Part shown: one piece after another, positions 7,225 through 17,078 of the stretch
Position numbering within the stretch: the stretch's first letter is position 1
Layout: every line of letters starts with the position of its first letter
IMG/VR virus record: IMGVR_UViG_3300015171_000005
Span: 1 to 59,504 of that record
Direction: 5' to 3' (one strand)
From: a virus
Lineage: Duplodnaviria > Caudoviricetes
DNA: 59,504 nt
Made by a program: the position numbers and the translations under genes
The notes under the pieces: generated by a model
Seen by the model: only the letters and a program-made list of their open reading frames with translations
Told to the model about the DNA's origin: nothing
Databases searched by the model: none

Positions 7225-9345
7225 ATGCCTTACAACGCCGAACTTACGAATACCCAGTGGTATCGCTACGCTTGGGTGCGCGATCAGGGACATACCGACT
7301 ATGTTGCCAAGCACGATCGTTGTGAGCGCTTCTTTCGCGGCGACCAGTGGAACCGATCCGACAAGGCGGCGCTCGCGTCGATACGCCGCCCTGCGCTCAC
7401 CATCAACAAGATCATCTCCACCATCGCCAACGTGATGGGAGAGCAGATTTACAACCGCTCCGAGATTTCATACCGCCCGCGTGGCGGTGCGAATGAGACC
7501 ACGGCGGACATTCTCACCAAGGTCTTCAAGCAGATTTCGGATCAGAACCAGTTGGATTGGAAGAGGAGCGACATGTTCGCCGATGGGATCATCGGCTCGC
7601 GCGGGTATCTCGACGTGCGCATGAAGTTCGACGAGAGCATGCAGGGTGATGTCGATATCGTGGGGTTGAACCCCAAGAACGTGCTGCCCGATCCCGATGC
7701 GGATGAGTACGACCCCGACACGTGGAACGAAGTCACCACGACGAAGTGGTTGACGGCTGATGACATCGAGATGCTGTACTCGGCAAAGGATGCCAAGCTC
7801 CTGCGCGGCAAGAACGAGAGTGCGTTTCCGTACGGATACGACTCGGTGGATCACAACCGCGATCGTTTCGCGAACCCCGACACGTACATGAGCATGCTCT
7901 ATGGGTCGGAATTCCAGACCGCCAGCGTGAGCCGTTCGATTCGCGTGATCGAGCGCCAGTACAAGAAGCTCGATTACCAGAAGCACTTCGTCTACCCGAA
8001 GACCGGCGAGTCGCGCGTGATCCCGGCAGCATGGGACGAAGACCGCGTTGCGTTCGTCATGCAGAAATTCGGCCTTCACGTGATTAAGAAGGCCACGCAC
8101 CGCATTCGCTGGACCATCACGGCGGATAACGTCGTGCTGCACGACGAATGGAGCCCGTACAAGCACTTCACCGTGATCCCGTTTTTTCCGTTTTTCCGGC
8201 GCGGCACGACGATCGGGCTGGTCGAGAACCTGACCGATGTGCAGGACTTGCTCAACAAGGCCACGAGCCAAGAGCTTCACATCGTGAATACCACGGCGAA
8301 TTCGGGGTGGAAGATCAAGGCTGGTTCGCTCACCAACATGAGCATGGAAGACCTCGAAGATCGCGGGGCCGAGACCGGGCTCGTGATGGAGATCAACGGC
8401 GACCCGGAAAAGGACGCCGTGAAAATCCAGCCGAACAACACGCCGCAGGGGCTGGACCGGCTTTCGTACAAGGCCGAGCAGGCAATCAAGACGATTTCCG
8501 GCGTATCGGACTCGATGCAGGGGTTCGATCGCGAGGATGTCGCTGCGAAAGCCATCCAGCAGAAGCGCCAAGCGGGAAATACGAATCTCGTGAAGCCGAT
8601 GGACTCGCTCGTGCGGACGGACTATATTCTTGCGCGCAACGTGCTCGATCTCGTGCAGGAGTACTACACGGAAGAGCGCGTGATGACGATCACCAAGGAC
8701 TCGATCACGGGGGAAACGGAGACCTTCACCATCAACGGCATGAGCCCGGAGGGCGAAGTCGTCAATGATTTGATGGCGGGCGAGTTCGAGACCGTGATTT
8801 CGAGCGTGCCGCAGCGCGAGACCCTCGAAGACAGCGAGTTCGACCAGTTGAGCGCGATGAGGAAGGACTTGGGTGTGAAGATTCCCGACTCCGTGCTCAT
8901 CAATGCGTCGCGGCTGCGCAACAAGAAGGAGATCATCACTAACATGGAGGGCGACAAGAACTCCCCGGAAGGCAAGCGTCAGGCAGAATTGCAGGCGCGC
9001 ATGCAGGAAGCCGAAGTCGGCACGGCAGAGGGCGAGCGCAAGGTGAAGGACGCGGATGCTACGCTTCGCACCGAGAAGTCCAAGCAGATCGCCGTGGAGG
9101 CGGGGCTCGCGTTGAGCGCCCCAGCGGAAGCTGGAGCCACGCCGGGGCTCGATGTGGCTGAAGCGCACCGCGAGCACGATAGGAAAGACGCCGAGTCGGA
9201 GGCGAAGATTCACTCCATCCACGAAAAGAGCAATCTGGAGCGTGACAAGGCGATCAATGACGCAAAACTGAAAGCGGAGGCGCAAGCGCAGAAGCTCGCG
9301 CAAGACCGTGTAGCTCGTATGACCCAACCTGAAGGAAACCAATGA
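7225..9345 (+). CDS. portal protein (P22-like, long C-terminal coiled coil)
   Basis: 706 aa after terL; FF.GDQW...RPALTINKI motif. Confidence 0.9.
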   Translation: MPYNAELTNTQWYRYAWVRDQGHTDYVAKHDRCERFFRGDQWNRSDKAALASIRRPALTINKIISTIANVMGEQIYNRSEISYRPRGGANETTADILTKVFKQISDQNQLDWKRSDMFADGIIGSRGYLDVRMKFDESMQGDVDIVGLNPKNVLPDPDADEYDPDTWNEVTTTKWLTADDIEMLYSAKDAKLLRGKNESAFPYGYDSVDHNRDRFANPDTYMSMLYGSEFQTASVSRSIRVIERQYKKLDYQKHFVYPKTGESRVIPAAWDEDRVAFVMQKFGLHVIKKATHRIRWTITADNVVLHDEWSPYKHFTVIPFFPFFRRGTTIGLVENLTDVQDLLNKATSQELHIVNTTANSGWKIKAGSLTNMSMEDLEDRGAETGLVMEINGDPEKDAVKIQPNNTPQGLDRLSYKAEQAIKTISGVSDSMQGFDREDVAAKAIQQKRQAGNTNLVKPMDSLVRTDYILARNVLDLVQEYYTEERVMTITKDSITGETETFTINGMSPEGEVVNDLMAGEFETVISSVPQRETLEDSEFDQLSAMRKDLGVKIPDSVLINASRLRNKKEIITNMEGDKNSPEGKRQAELQARMQEAEVGTAEGERKVKDADATLRTEKSKQIAVEAGLALSAPAEAGATPGLDVAEAHREHDRKDAESEAKIHSIHEKSNLERDKAINDAKLKAEAQAQKLAQDRVARMTQPEGNQ

Positions 9346-9605
9346 AAAAGCTTCTTCCGCTGCTGCTGGTCTCGTTCCCCGCGTTCGCTGCTGCGTCATT
9401 CAGCATCGAAGGTGTTGTGAACCTGCTCGTCGTGCTCATCATCGTCGGAATCATCATCGGAGCACTCTACTTCCTGATCGATCGCTCGCCCATTCCCGAC
9501 CCGTACAAGGGCTGGATCAAGTACCTGCTCCTTTTCATCATCGTTCTGGCCATCATCAACTTCCTGCTGAGTCTGATCGGCCATCCATTCGTGTCGATGC
9601 GCTGA
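9342..9605 (+). CDS. small membrane protein
   Basis: Signal-like N-terminus plus two TM segments; ATGA coupling. Confidence 0.75.
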   Translation: MKKLLPLLLVSFPAFAAASFSIEGVVNLLVVLIIVGIIIGALYFLIDRSPIPDPYKGWIKYLLLFIIVLAIINFLLSLIGHPFVSMR

Positions 9606-9796
9606 TGAAGGTAATTTTCGAGATGACGTTGCGTGATGTCGAGTCCCCGCATTACGCATTGCGCAGCGCTGCCTTGCTGGAAAAGATGGCGGCGGCGCTG
9701 CGCGCCGAGATTGCTGGTGGCCCAGTCGTGTCGAAGCCGAATGGCAAGGTGGAGATTTTCGAAGAATCGCTGGTGCATGTCTGGATGATCCCCTAA
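9605..9796 (+). CDS. hypothetical protein
   Basis: TGATG coupling. Confidence 0.6.
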   Translation: MKVIFEMTLRDVESPHYALRSAALLEKMAAALRAEIAGGPVVSKPNGKVEIFEESLVHVWMIP

Positions 9797-9812
9797 CAAC
9801 GAGGAATAAACC

Positions 9813-10790
9813 ATGTTCAAGCAGATGGCTCTCAAGGATGGCGAAGACACTGGCGGCGACGATCGCGGCGACGTGCTCGACGAAGCTGCACTCGCCGCGA
9901 CGGCGGAAGAGGAAAAGCTCGCCAAGGAACTGAAGGAGAAGGAAGCCAAGGACGCCGCCGCCAAGCTCGAAGCCGAGAAGAAAGATGGCGACGAAGAAGA
10001 AGAAGAAGACTCCGACAAAGAGAAAAAGAAAGACACGCGCATTCCGATCGGTCGGCACAAGGAGCTTCTCGAAGCCGAGCGCGCCGAGCGTGCTCGCGTT
10101 GAAGCCAAGCTTGCGCAGTACGAGCACGGTGAAGATATCGGCAAGGTGAATGCCGAGATCGACAAGGCCGAGAAGGAGCAGGCCAAGCTGGAGGGCGAGT
10201 ACGCCACGCTCTTGACGGACGGTAAGAAGGACGAAGCCGCCAAGGTGATGGGCGAGATTCGCAAGCTCGATCGCTTCATCAACAAGCAGACGACCGCCAT
10301 CCAGTCAGCGGCTGCGGAAGCTCGCGCGTACGAGCGCGCGCGCTACGATGTGACTGTGGAGCGCATCGAAGCGGCGTACCCGGAGATGAACCCGGACGAC
10401 AAGGAGAACCACGATCCGGCGCTCGTGCGCAAGGTCTTGCGCGTGATGAAGGCATACCAAGTCGATGGCATGCCGCCCGGCCCGGCGCTTCAGGAAGCGG
10501 TCAAGGACTTGATCGGCGAGCCCGCCAACAAGAAGCAGGAGAGTGCGGTCGAAGTGAAGCCGAAGGTGGACGCGGCAGCGGCGAAGAAAGCCGAGCGCGA
10601 GGAAGCTGCGCGCCTGAAGGCAGCGGACGCGGCTGGCAAGACCCCGCCCAGCACGAAGAACGCGGGCGTGGACAGCGACAAGCTCGGCGGCACGTTGTCG
10701 GCAGAGAACGTGATGAAGATGTCGTATTCGGAATTTTCCAAGCTGGACGACAAGGCGTTGTCGCGCATGCGTGGCGACGAGCCGGAATGA
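9813..10790 (+). CDS. capsid scaffolding protein
   Basis: Highly charged helical protein between portal and capsid; GAGG RBS. Confidence 0.8.
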   Translation: MFKQMALKDGEDTGGDDRGDVLDEAALAATAEEEKLAKELKEKEAKDAAAKLEAEKKDGDEEEEEDSDKEKKKDTRIPIGRHKELLEAERAERARVEAKLAQYEHGEDIGKVNAEIDKAEKEQAKLEGEYATLLTDGKKDEAAKVMGEIRKLDRFINKQTTAIQSAAAEARAYERARYDVTVERIEAAYPEMNPDDKENHDPALVRKVLRVMKAYQVDGMPPGPALQEAVKDLIGEPANKKQESAVEVKPKVDAAAAKKAEREEAARLKAADAAGKTPPSTKNAGVDSDKLGGTLSAENVMKMSYSEFSKLDDKALSRMRGDEPE

Positions 10791-11050
10791 CATCACAAGA
10801 ACAGCGCGTATTGGAGCGCGTACTGGGCGTCCAGTGGGACTACGCGCTGTTTGATTACGACACGGTGCTGGGTGTCGCCGGTGCGACGAACACGGGCAGG
10901 CGCGCGACGTATCGCATCGAGATACACGGAGGCGTCGGAAGAAGGCAGTCGATACATCAACTCATAACCACGACGCACAAGGACGCGGTCTGCCAAGCGC
11001 AGGCCGCGATCATCAAGCAGTTCGTATCACCATCGAAGGAGAAACCATGA
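10787..11050 (+). CDS. hypothetical protein
   Basis: ATGA coupling at both ends. Confidence 0.6.
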   Translation: MTSQEQRVLERVLGVQWDYALFDYDTVLGVAGATNTGRRATYRIEIHGGVGRRQSIHQLITTTHKDAVCQAQAAIIKQFVSPSKEKP

Positions 11051-11448
11051 ACGTGCCGGAAATTGCCAAGCTGTGCCACGAAGTCAACCGCGCCTACTGC
11101 CTTGCATTGGGCGACGATTCCCATCTGCCGTGGGACTCCGCGCCTGAGTGGCAGCGCGACAGCGCGGTCAAAGGCGTGCAGTTCCATCTCGCCAACGACA
11201 ACGCCACGCCGGAAGAAAGCCACAACAACTGGTTGAAGGGCAAGATCAACGACGGCTGGGTGTACGGCCCGGCGAAAGACCCCATCAACAAAGAACACCC
11301 CTGCATCTTGGCGTACCACATGCTGCCTGCGGAGCAGCGCGCCAAGGATTACATCTTCTCGGCCATCGTGCGCTCGGTTCGCGCCATCGACGCCGAGCGT
11401 CTGGGCGACGGTGTCGCAGGCACGCGGAGCGTCGAACACGCCCGCTGA
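11047..11448 (+). CDS. RyR-domain phage protein
   Basis: H..W...K...GWVYGP.KD...KEHPC...Y..LP.EQRAKD motif; AAGGAG RBS. Confidence 0.8.
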   Translation: MNVPEIAKLCHEVNRAYCLALGDDSHLPWDSAPEWQRDSAVKGVQFHLANDNATPEESHNNWLKGKINDGWVYGPAKDPINKEHPCILAYHMLPAEQRAKDYIFSAIVRSVRAIDAERLGDGVAGTRSVEHAR

Positions 11449-11635
11449 TTGGTATGCCGCAGCGCTGGCCGAGTATTTTCGCAAGCGCAAGATCGACGAC
11501 CCCGTCGTGCGTGGCCAGATCGATGTGCTTGCGCGGCGCATCACGATGCGCGCCGGGCTTTACGCAAATGCTGATGTCAGCGTGGTTTTCGAAGCTGCGG
11601 AGCGCGAGCTTGGGCTGGTGTATCAGAAGGCTTGA
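11411..11635 (+). CDS. hypothetical protein
   Basis: ORF fills the gap; start uncertain. Confidence 0.5.
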   Translation: MSQARGASNTPADWYAAALAEYFRKRKIDDPVVRGQIDVLARRITMRAGLYANADVSVVFEAAERELGLVYQKA

Positions 11636-11703
11636 CCGTAGAAGCGCAGGCGTGAGACCCTGCGGTTTCTCGTCTCCTTAAACCTGATTAGGAAGGAAAA
11701 GAC

Positions 11704-12429
11704 ATGACCAAACGCTCTTCAATCTCCGATCGTGACGCCGCCCATAAGTCGTTCGGGCGCATCTTCGTCGAACTCGCCGAAGACGCTATCACCGCAGCCG
11801 CAGGCGGTGGCCAAGCCAACGCATACCCCCTGAATGCCCAGACCAACCGCATCACCGTCGTGGCCACCGCTGGCGACAGCGTGATGCTGCCACCGGCAGT
11901 TTTGGGCTACGAGATCAGCATCATCAACGCGGCTTCGAAGCCGGTGCAGGTGTTCGGCGTGGGTACCGACACCGTGAATGGCGTCGCGGCGGCAACCGGC
12001 GTTTCGCAGATGGCGCTCTCGACCGTCATCTACTCGTGCGGCTCGCCCGGCCTGTGGCATACCGAAGGGCTCGCGTCGGGCTATTCCGGTTCCTACGCCA
12101 CCGCGAGCTACAAGGACGCCATCACCGCGCACGCGGGCGGCACGCAGGCCGGTGCCATCGGTGACGCGGCGGCGCAGCTTCCGGCCATGATCAACCGCAT
12201 CACCACGGTCGGCACGGCGGCGGATTCCGTCGTGCTGCCGCTGGCTGTCCCCGGCATGTCGATCGTGGTGGCGAACGCGGCGGCGGCGAACTCGCTGAAC
12301 GTCTTCCCGTTCACGGGAGATGCCATCGACGCGGGCGCGGCGAACGCCGCCAAAGCGCTGGCGGCGGCGAAATCGGCGACCTTCTACTGCACGGCGGCAG
12401 GCTTCTGGCACTCGATTCTGTCCGCGTAA
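11704..12429 (+). CDS. virion (head decoration-like) protein with an internally duplicated domain
   Basis: Two copies of DAITA.AGG.QA.A...NRIT.V.TA.DSV.LP.A..G; followed by a terminator. Confidence 0.7.
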   Translation: MTKRSSISDRDAAHKSFGRIFVELAEDAITAAAGGGQANAYPLNAQTNRITVVATAGDSVMLPPAVLGYEISIINAASKPVQVFGVGTDTVNGVAAATGVSQMALSTVIYSCGSPGLWHTEGLASGYSGSYATASYKDAITAHAGGTQAGAIGDAAAQLPAMINRITTVGTAADSVVLPLAVPGMSIVVANAAAANSLNVFPFTGDAIDAGAANAAKALAAAKSATFYCTAAGFWHSILSA

Positions 12430-12450
12430 AGCGTTTTGGGCGCAAGTCTT

Positions 12451-12476
12451 AACGGGGCCGAAAGGCCCCGTTTTTT
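12451..12476 (+). terminator. Rho-independent terminator
   Basis: AACGGGGCC-GAAA-GGCCCCGTT followed by a T run. Confidence 0.9.
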
Positions 12477-12521
12477 GTTGTAGGCCACCGCCTATTGACA
12501 TCCGGGTATTGCGTTTCCTTT

Positions 12522-12684
12522 CCGGGGGTTGTACTCTTCGCGTACGTCCATCGGGTACGACAACCCGGTAGGGGGTAGCCCACCACTTCCTGATACCTCG
12601 CCAGTCGATGCTGACATTCGACACGCGCGCTCCGAGAGCGCACATGCGGATTTCTTTTTTGGCATCCAACGGAGGTATCAGACA
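12522..12684 (+). promoter_or_regulatory. structured 5' leader of the major capsid gene
   Basis: CTGATACCTC (12590-12599) is the exact complement of GAGGTATCAG (12672-12681), which covers the SD; further nested stems. Confidence 0.55.
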
Positions 12685-13797
12685 ATGCTTACCAATTTCG
12701 GTCTCCTGACCACCAACCAGAAAACCATCTGGTCGATGGACCTGTGGAAGCAGGCTCGCAACCTGTCTTTCATCAATCGATTCCTTGGCGATGGCCCCAA
12801 CTCCATCGTCCAGCACATCACCGAACTGAAGAAGGACGAGAAGGGCGCGCGCGCGGTCATCACGCTGCTCGCGGACCTGACCGGCGACGGCGTGGCGGGC
12901 GACCGCATGCTGGAGGGCAACGAAGAGGCGATGCAGACGTTCGACCAAGTCATCCGCATCGACCAGCTTCGCAACGCCAACCGTCTGGAAGGCCGCATCG
13001 CCGACCAGAAGTCGATCGTTACCTTCCGCTCCAATTCCAAGAACCTGCTCGCGTACTGGCTCTCGGATCGTATCGACCAACTCGCGTTCCTGACGCTCGG
13101 CGGTGTCTCGTACACCAAGAAGCCGAACGGTGCCACGCGCGTGGGCTCGGACCTTCCGTATCTGGAATTCGCTGCCGACGTGACCGCCCCGAGTGCCAAC
13201 CGCCGCCTGCGCTGGGACGGTACCAACAAGGCCCTCGTCGCTTCCGGTGCGTCGTCTTCGATCACCGCCGCCGACCAGCCGTCGTGGGAAATGTTCGTGC
13301 AACTGAAGGCGTACGCCAAGGACCGCTACATTCGCGGCACCAAGCTGGACGGCGGCGAAGAGATGTACCACGCCTTCCTCACGCCGACCGCCATGAGCAA
13401 GCTGAAGCTCGATCCGACTTACCTCCTGAACCTGCGTCACTCGGTCTCGGGCAAGGTCAATGACGAACTCTTCAAGGGCGGCTACGGAGTGACGATCGAC
13501 GGGATCACGCTGCATGAATTCCGTCACGTGCCGAATACACAAGGTGCCGCGTCGGGCTCCAAGTACGGTGCCGCAGGCACCATCGAAGGCTCGCAAGTCA
13601 TCTTCTGTGGCGCGCAAGCACTCGGCATGGCCGACATCGGTGCCCCGGAGTGGGTCGAGAAGGAGTTCGACTTCGGCAACCAGCCTGCCATCTCGTGCGG
13701 CAAGATTCTCGGCTTCCTGAAGCCGCGTTTCGGGTCGATCTACGAGAACCTGTCCGTCGAGGATTTCGGCGTGATCAACGTGTACATCGCCAACTAA
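12685..13797 (+). CDS. major capsid protein (N4-gp56/DUF4043-like)
   Basis: GGAGG RBS; LTNFG.LT...WS, ITELKK.EKGARAVITL..DL.GDGV.GD..LEGNEE, IDQLR.A motifs; strong codon bias. Confidence 0.92.
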   Translation: MLTNFGLLTTNQKTIWSMDLWKQARNLSFINRFLGDGPNSIVQHITELKKDEKGARAVITLLADLTGDGVAGDRMLEGNEEAMQTFDQVIRIDQLRNANRLEGRIADQKSIVTFRSNSKNLLAYWLSDRIDQLAFLTLGGVSYTKKPNGATRVGSDLPYLEFAADVTAPSANRRLRWDGTNKALVASGASSSITAADQPSWEMFVQLKAYAKDRYIRGTKLDGGEEMYHAFLTPTAMSKLKLDPTYLLNLRHSVSGKVNDELFKGGYGVTIDGITLHEFRHVPNTQGAASGSKYGAAGTIEGSQVIFCGAQALGMADIGAPEWVEKEFDFGNQPAISCGKILGFLKPRFGSIYENLSVEDFGVINVYIAN

Positions 13798-13808
13798 GGA
13801 GAATCCTC

Positions 13809-14294
13809 ATGGCCCTTCTTCAAACTGCTCGTGGTGCCCAGTACGTGTTGGAATCGGAGCTTGTGATCAACTGGAACGACACCATGGTCGAAGTTGGTGG
13901 CGTCACCAAGGACATGGGAGCCGTCACGGCGGGCGACGTGTTCAAGGCGGTGTTCCTGCCGCCCAACTCCGAGATCGTCGGCGGCGAAGTGCAAGTGGAA
14001 GTCGCGGGCGTCGGTCCCACGGCGTTCACCATCGAAGCCGGAACGTCCTCGGACGGCACGGCGGCGAACTTCGTTAACAACATGCTGGGTGTTTCCGACC
14101 TGAAGGCGGCGGTCGGCGTGACCTACCCGCTGGTGAAGACGGCTGCTGCCGTCAACCCCGGCTTGCAGAGCGCGGTGCCGAACGATGTCTTCATCCGGCT
14201 CATCCGTTCGGTCGCTGTTGCGACCGCAGGAAAAGCCGTGCTGCGCGTGCAGTACATCCTGCGCGGCAAGATCAACGAAGCGGTTCCGTCGTAA
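13809..14294 (+). CDS. virion protein (cement/decoration-like)
   Basis: TAAGGAG RBS directly after the capsid gene; LPPNS.IVGG motif. Confidence 0.75.
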   Translation: MALLQTARGAQYVLESELVINWNDTMVEVGGVTKDMGAVTAGDVFKAVFLPPNSEIVGGEVQVEVAGVGPTAFTIEAGTSSDGTAANFVNNMLGVSDLKAAVGVTYPLVKTAAAVNPGLQSAVPNDVFIRLIRSVAVATAGKAVLRVQYILRGKINEAVPS

Positions 14295-14303
14295 CAAAAC
14301 GCA

Positions 14304-14330
14304 GCGGGGCCGAAAGGCCCCGCTTCGTTT
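14304..14330 (+). terminator. Rho-independent terminator (weak U tract)
   Basis: GCGGGGCC-GAAA-GGCCCCGC-TTCGTTT; same core as the 12451 hairpin. Confidence 0.7.
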
Positions 14331-14360
14331 CACCCCCACGTTTTCCCATAGGAGTGACAC

Positions 14361-14729
14361 ATGAACTTCACGATGCCGGTGAACAAGACCGTTGCAACGA
14401 TGCAGGGACATACCATCGAATTTCTGGCGGGCGTGCCTACGCACGTTCCCAAGGAATGCTGGAGAGCCGTGCAGACCGAAGGCGCGGTGCCGGAAGACCA
14501 GCAGGCAGCACAAGCGCAGACCCCGCAGGCCGATCCGGTCGTGGACGATCCCGTCGAGCGCCGCTCGCGCATCTTTGCCGCGTTCGAGACCATGGTGGCC
14601 GCGAACAAGCGGGAGGATTTCGCCGCGTCAGGTTCCCCCGCCATCAAGTCGCTCACCGCTGTAGTCGGTTTCGATGTGGACGTGAAGGAGCGTGACGCGC
14701 TCTGGACCGAGTTCCAGCAGAGCATGTAA
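14361..14729 (+). CDS. hypothetical morphogenesis protein
   Basis: AGGAG RBS; ends next to the following ATG. Confidence 0.8.
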   Translation: MNFTMPVNKTVATMQGHTIEFLAGVPTHVPKECWRAVQTEGAVPEDQQAAQAQTPQADPVVDDPVERRSRIFAAFETMVAANKREDFAASGSPAIKSLTAVVGFDVDVKERDALWTEFQQSM

Positions 14730-15434
14730 ATGAACAGCCAAGAACTCGTCGATCTGTTCCGGTTGGACATGAGCGATGTGGCTACGCCGCCGCTCTGGTC
14801 AGACGACGAGATTTTTGGTTACGCCGACGAAGCGCAGAAGTCGTTCGTGCGCGCGATCGGCGGCATCGCGGATTCTTCGACTCCGAACTTGGCGGTGATC
14901 CCGGTCGCCGTCAACGACGTATCGTTTCTGTACGACGCTCGCATCCTCAAGATCAGAAAAGCTTTTCGCCAGTCCGATGGTGCGCCCGTGCTCGTGATGA
15001 ATTACGAGAACGTCGAACTACAAGGGTTGAAGTTCGACGGCAGCAAAGGCCCCGTGCAGATGTTCGTTACCGGCATGGATGATGGGCTCGCTTACTACAA
15101 GCCGATCCCGAGCGTCGCCGATACCTTGCAGATGATGGTCGATCGGTTGCCGCTCAACACGCTGTCGCTGGCGGATGCACCGCAGGATTTGGAAATACCC
15201 GAGCATCATCATCGACATCTCCTGAAGGGGATGAAGGCGCTGGCATACGGCAAGCAGGACGCCGAGACATTCAACAAGTCGAAGTCGGAAGACTTCGAGA
15301 GGCAGTTCAACGTGTACGGCGAAAAAGCGATGCGTGAGCGCGAGCGCCGCATCCACAAAAATCGTAGCGTGGCGTATGGCGGGCTTTCGGTCGGCTCGTA
15401 TCCGTATTTGAAGACTACCAGCACCAATTACTAG
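14730..15434 (+). CDS. head-tail adaptor-like protein
   Basis: FR.D..D...P.LWSD.E...Y..EAQ and EIPEHHH..L....KALAY.KQDAET motifs; position after the capsid gene. Confidence 0.7.
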   Translation: MNSQELVDLFRLDMSDVATPPLWSDDEIFGYADEAQKSFVRAIGGIADSSTPNLAVIPVAVNDVSFLYDARILKIRKAFRQSDGAPVLVMNYENVELQGLKFDGSKGPVQMFVTGMDDGLAYYKPIPSVADTLQMMVDRLPLNTLSLADAPQDLEIPEHHHRHLLKGMKALAYGKQDAETFNKSKSEDFERQFNVYGEKAMRERERRIHKNRSVAYGGLSVGSYPYLKTTSTNY

Positions 15435-15442
15435 GAGCGAGC

Positions 15443-15811
15443 ATGGAAAACGCCAACGTAGTGGTCGCAGTGTTTCCTTCGGCGGTTCGTGCCGCGAATA
15501 ACGATTCCGGTGAGCAGCAGAACCAATATGCGCGTGGTGCGCATATCGTCATCGACATGCAGGCGGTGCCCGGCGTCGATACCGTCACGTTCACGCTCGA
15601 AGGCAAGGACGCGTTCGGGAACTGGTACACGATCCTCGCCAGCGCGGCGCTGTCGGCGGCTGCTGTCACGGTGCTGCGTGTGTTCCCCGGCCTTGTGGCT
15701 GCGGCCAACGCTGCGGCCAATGACGTGATCCCGCGCGCGTGGCGGCTGCGTGCGGCGCACTCGGCGGGGACGAACTTCACCTATCGCGCGACTGCGAACC
15801 TCATCCTCTGA
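15443..15811 (+). CDS. virion structural protein
   Basis: AGGAG RBS; beta-rich composition. Confidence 0.75.
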   Translation: MENANVVVAVFPSAVRAANNDSGEQQNQYARGAHIVIDMQAVPGVDTVTFTLEGKDAFGNWYTILASAALSAAAVTVLRVFPGLVAAANAAANDVIPRAWRLRAAHSAGTNFTYRATANLIL

Positions 15812-16407
15812 TGTCTACCAAGACGCACTTCGACATCGTCCAAGGCAAGACCTTCTCGCGCGTCGTGCGATGGGAGTCGTTGCCGTTCATCTACAAGGCG
15901 ATCTCTGCGATCCCGAACGTTGCCCCGGCGCAACTTACCGTGCCGACGCATGGGTTGGTCGATCAGTGGCGCGCGGCGGTGCTGTCGGTCAAGGGCATGA
16001 CGGAAATCAACGCGATCAATACGCCCCCGCGTGCGTCGGATTTCCACAAAGCCACGGTGATCGACCCGAATACGATCCAGTTCAACGACATCAACGCGAC
16101 TGACTTTTCAACGTACAAGTCGGGCGGCTACATTGTGTACTACACGCCCGTGGATATGACGAGCTTTTCGGCGCGTATGATGCTGAAGACGAAGCCGGGC
16201 GGCACGCTGCTGGTCTCGCTCGTGTCCCCCGCCGACATTGCCATCGACAACACGCTGAAGAAAATCACCATCACGATCTCGGCGACGGCGACCGCAGGCT
16301 TCGCGCCCGGCACGTATCTCTACGATCTGGAGCTTGTGAGCCCCGGTGGCGTCGTGACTGGCCTTCTCGCCGGTGACGTTACCGTGAGCGCGGAAGTAAC
16401 GGTGTGA
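15811..16407 (+). CDS. virion structural protein
   Basis: TGATG coupling; I.QG.TF ... Y.YDLEL....G.V..LL.G.VTV motifs. Confidence 0.75.
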   Translation: MSTKTHFDIVQGKTFSRVVRWESLPFIYKAISAIPNVAPAQLTVPTHGLVDQWRAAVLSVKGMTEINAINTPPRASDFHKATVIDPNTIQFNDINATDFSTYKSGGYIVYYTPVDMTSFSARMMLKTKPGGTLLVSLVSPADIAIDNTLKKITITISATATAGFAPGTYLYDLELVSPGGVVTGLLAGDVTVSAEVTV

Positions 16408-16583
16408 TCGACGACACTGTATATGCGTCCGCGCTCATTGACGACGTTCGTGCGTCGGCTGTCGTCAACGATGTGCTCATTCCTGCGCTCAATACGGACA
16501 TTCGCGCGGCTTTTTTTCTTCCTGATGTATATCTTCTCGGATTCGTAAGCGACTTCACCGTCACTCAAAAGTTGGGGGTGTAA
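16404..16583 (+). CDS. small hypothetical protein (59 aa; not in the ORF track)
   Basis: GTGA overlap with the upstream stop; TAA abuts the next ATG. Confidence 0.6.
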   Translation: MIDDTVYASALIDDVRASAVVNDVLIPALNTDIRAAFFLPDVYLLGFVSDFTVTQKLGV

Positions 16584-17066
16584 ATGAACGCCTTCAACGC
16601 GACGATCGATCAGCCGGTCGTCTCTGTCGTCACAGTTGGCGAAGCGGGGCCAGCAGGCCCGGCTGGTGCTGCGGGCGGCGACCCCACTGCCATTATTTCC
16701 GTACAGAGCGGCGAAGGCGTGATCATTTCGCGCGGCACGCCCGTGGCCATGGTGGCCGGTGTGGTGATGCGTGCGTCGTCCCTCGGCCCCGGCAAAGTGT
16801 ATGGGCTTGTGTACGACACGACTATCGGTGTTGGTGGCTTTGGGCGCGTCATTACAGGCACTGTGCTGCCTGCTTCGACGACTGAGTGGGACAACATTAC
16901 GGGCGGATCAGGCGGGCTCGTTGCTGGCAGCACGTACTACCTGAGTACCGTTGCTGGTCGTTTGGTGCTTGTCCCGAATCTGACATCCGGCGTGAACTCG
17001 CTCGTCGGGTTTGCAATTTCTTCTACACAGCTTCGTCTTTTTCTTGGCAGTCCGATCACCCTGTAA
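16584..17066 (+). CDS. virion protein with a short collagen-like segment
   Basis: GEAGPAGPAGAAG; C-terminal domain similar to the C-terminus of the next gene (WD.ITG.SGGL..G..YYLST..G). Confidence 0.75.
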   Translation: MNAFNATIDQPVVSVVTVGEAGPAGPAGAAGGDPTAIISVQSGEGVIISRGTPVAMVAGVVMRASSLGPGKVYGLVYDTTIGVGGFGRVITGTVLPASTTEWDNITGGSGGLVAGSTYYLSTVAGRLVLVPNLTSGVNSLVGFAISSTQLRLFLGSPITL

Positions 17067-17078
17067 GGGAGTATCACA

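Noticed and set aside
7468-9399. Long antisense ORFs (also 11719-13617, 31516-34635, 34698-37022, 42259-44193)
   Set aside because: Shadow frames expected opposite GC-rich, codon-biased genes; no RBS or motifs.
12494-12525. TTGACA as a complete sigma70 capsid promoter
   Set aside because: No acceptable -10 at 16-18 nt spacing; it could be activator-dependent, but that is not supportable from sequence.
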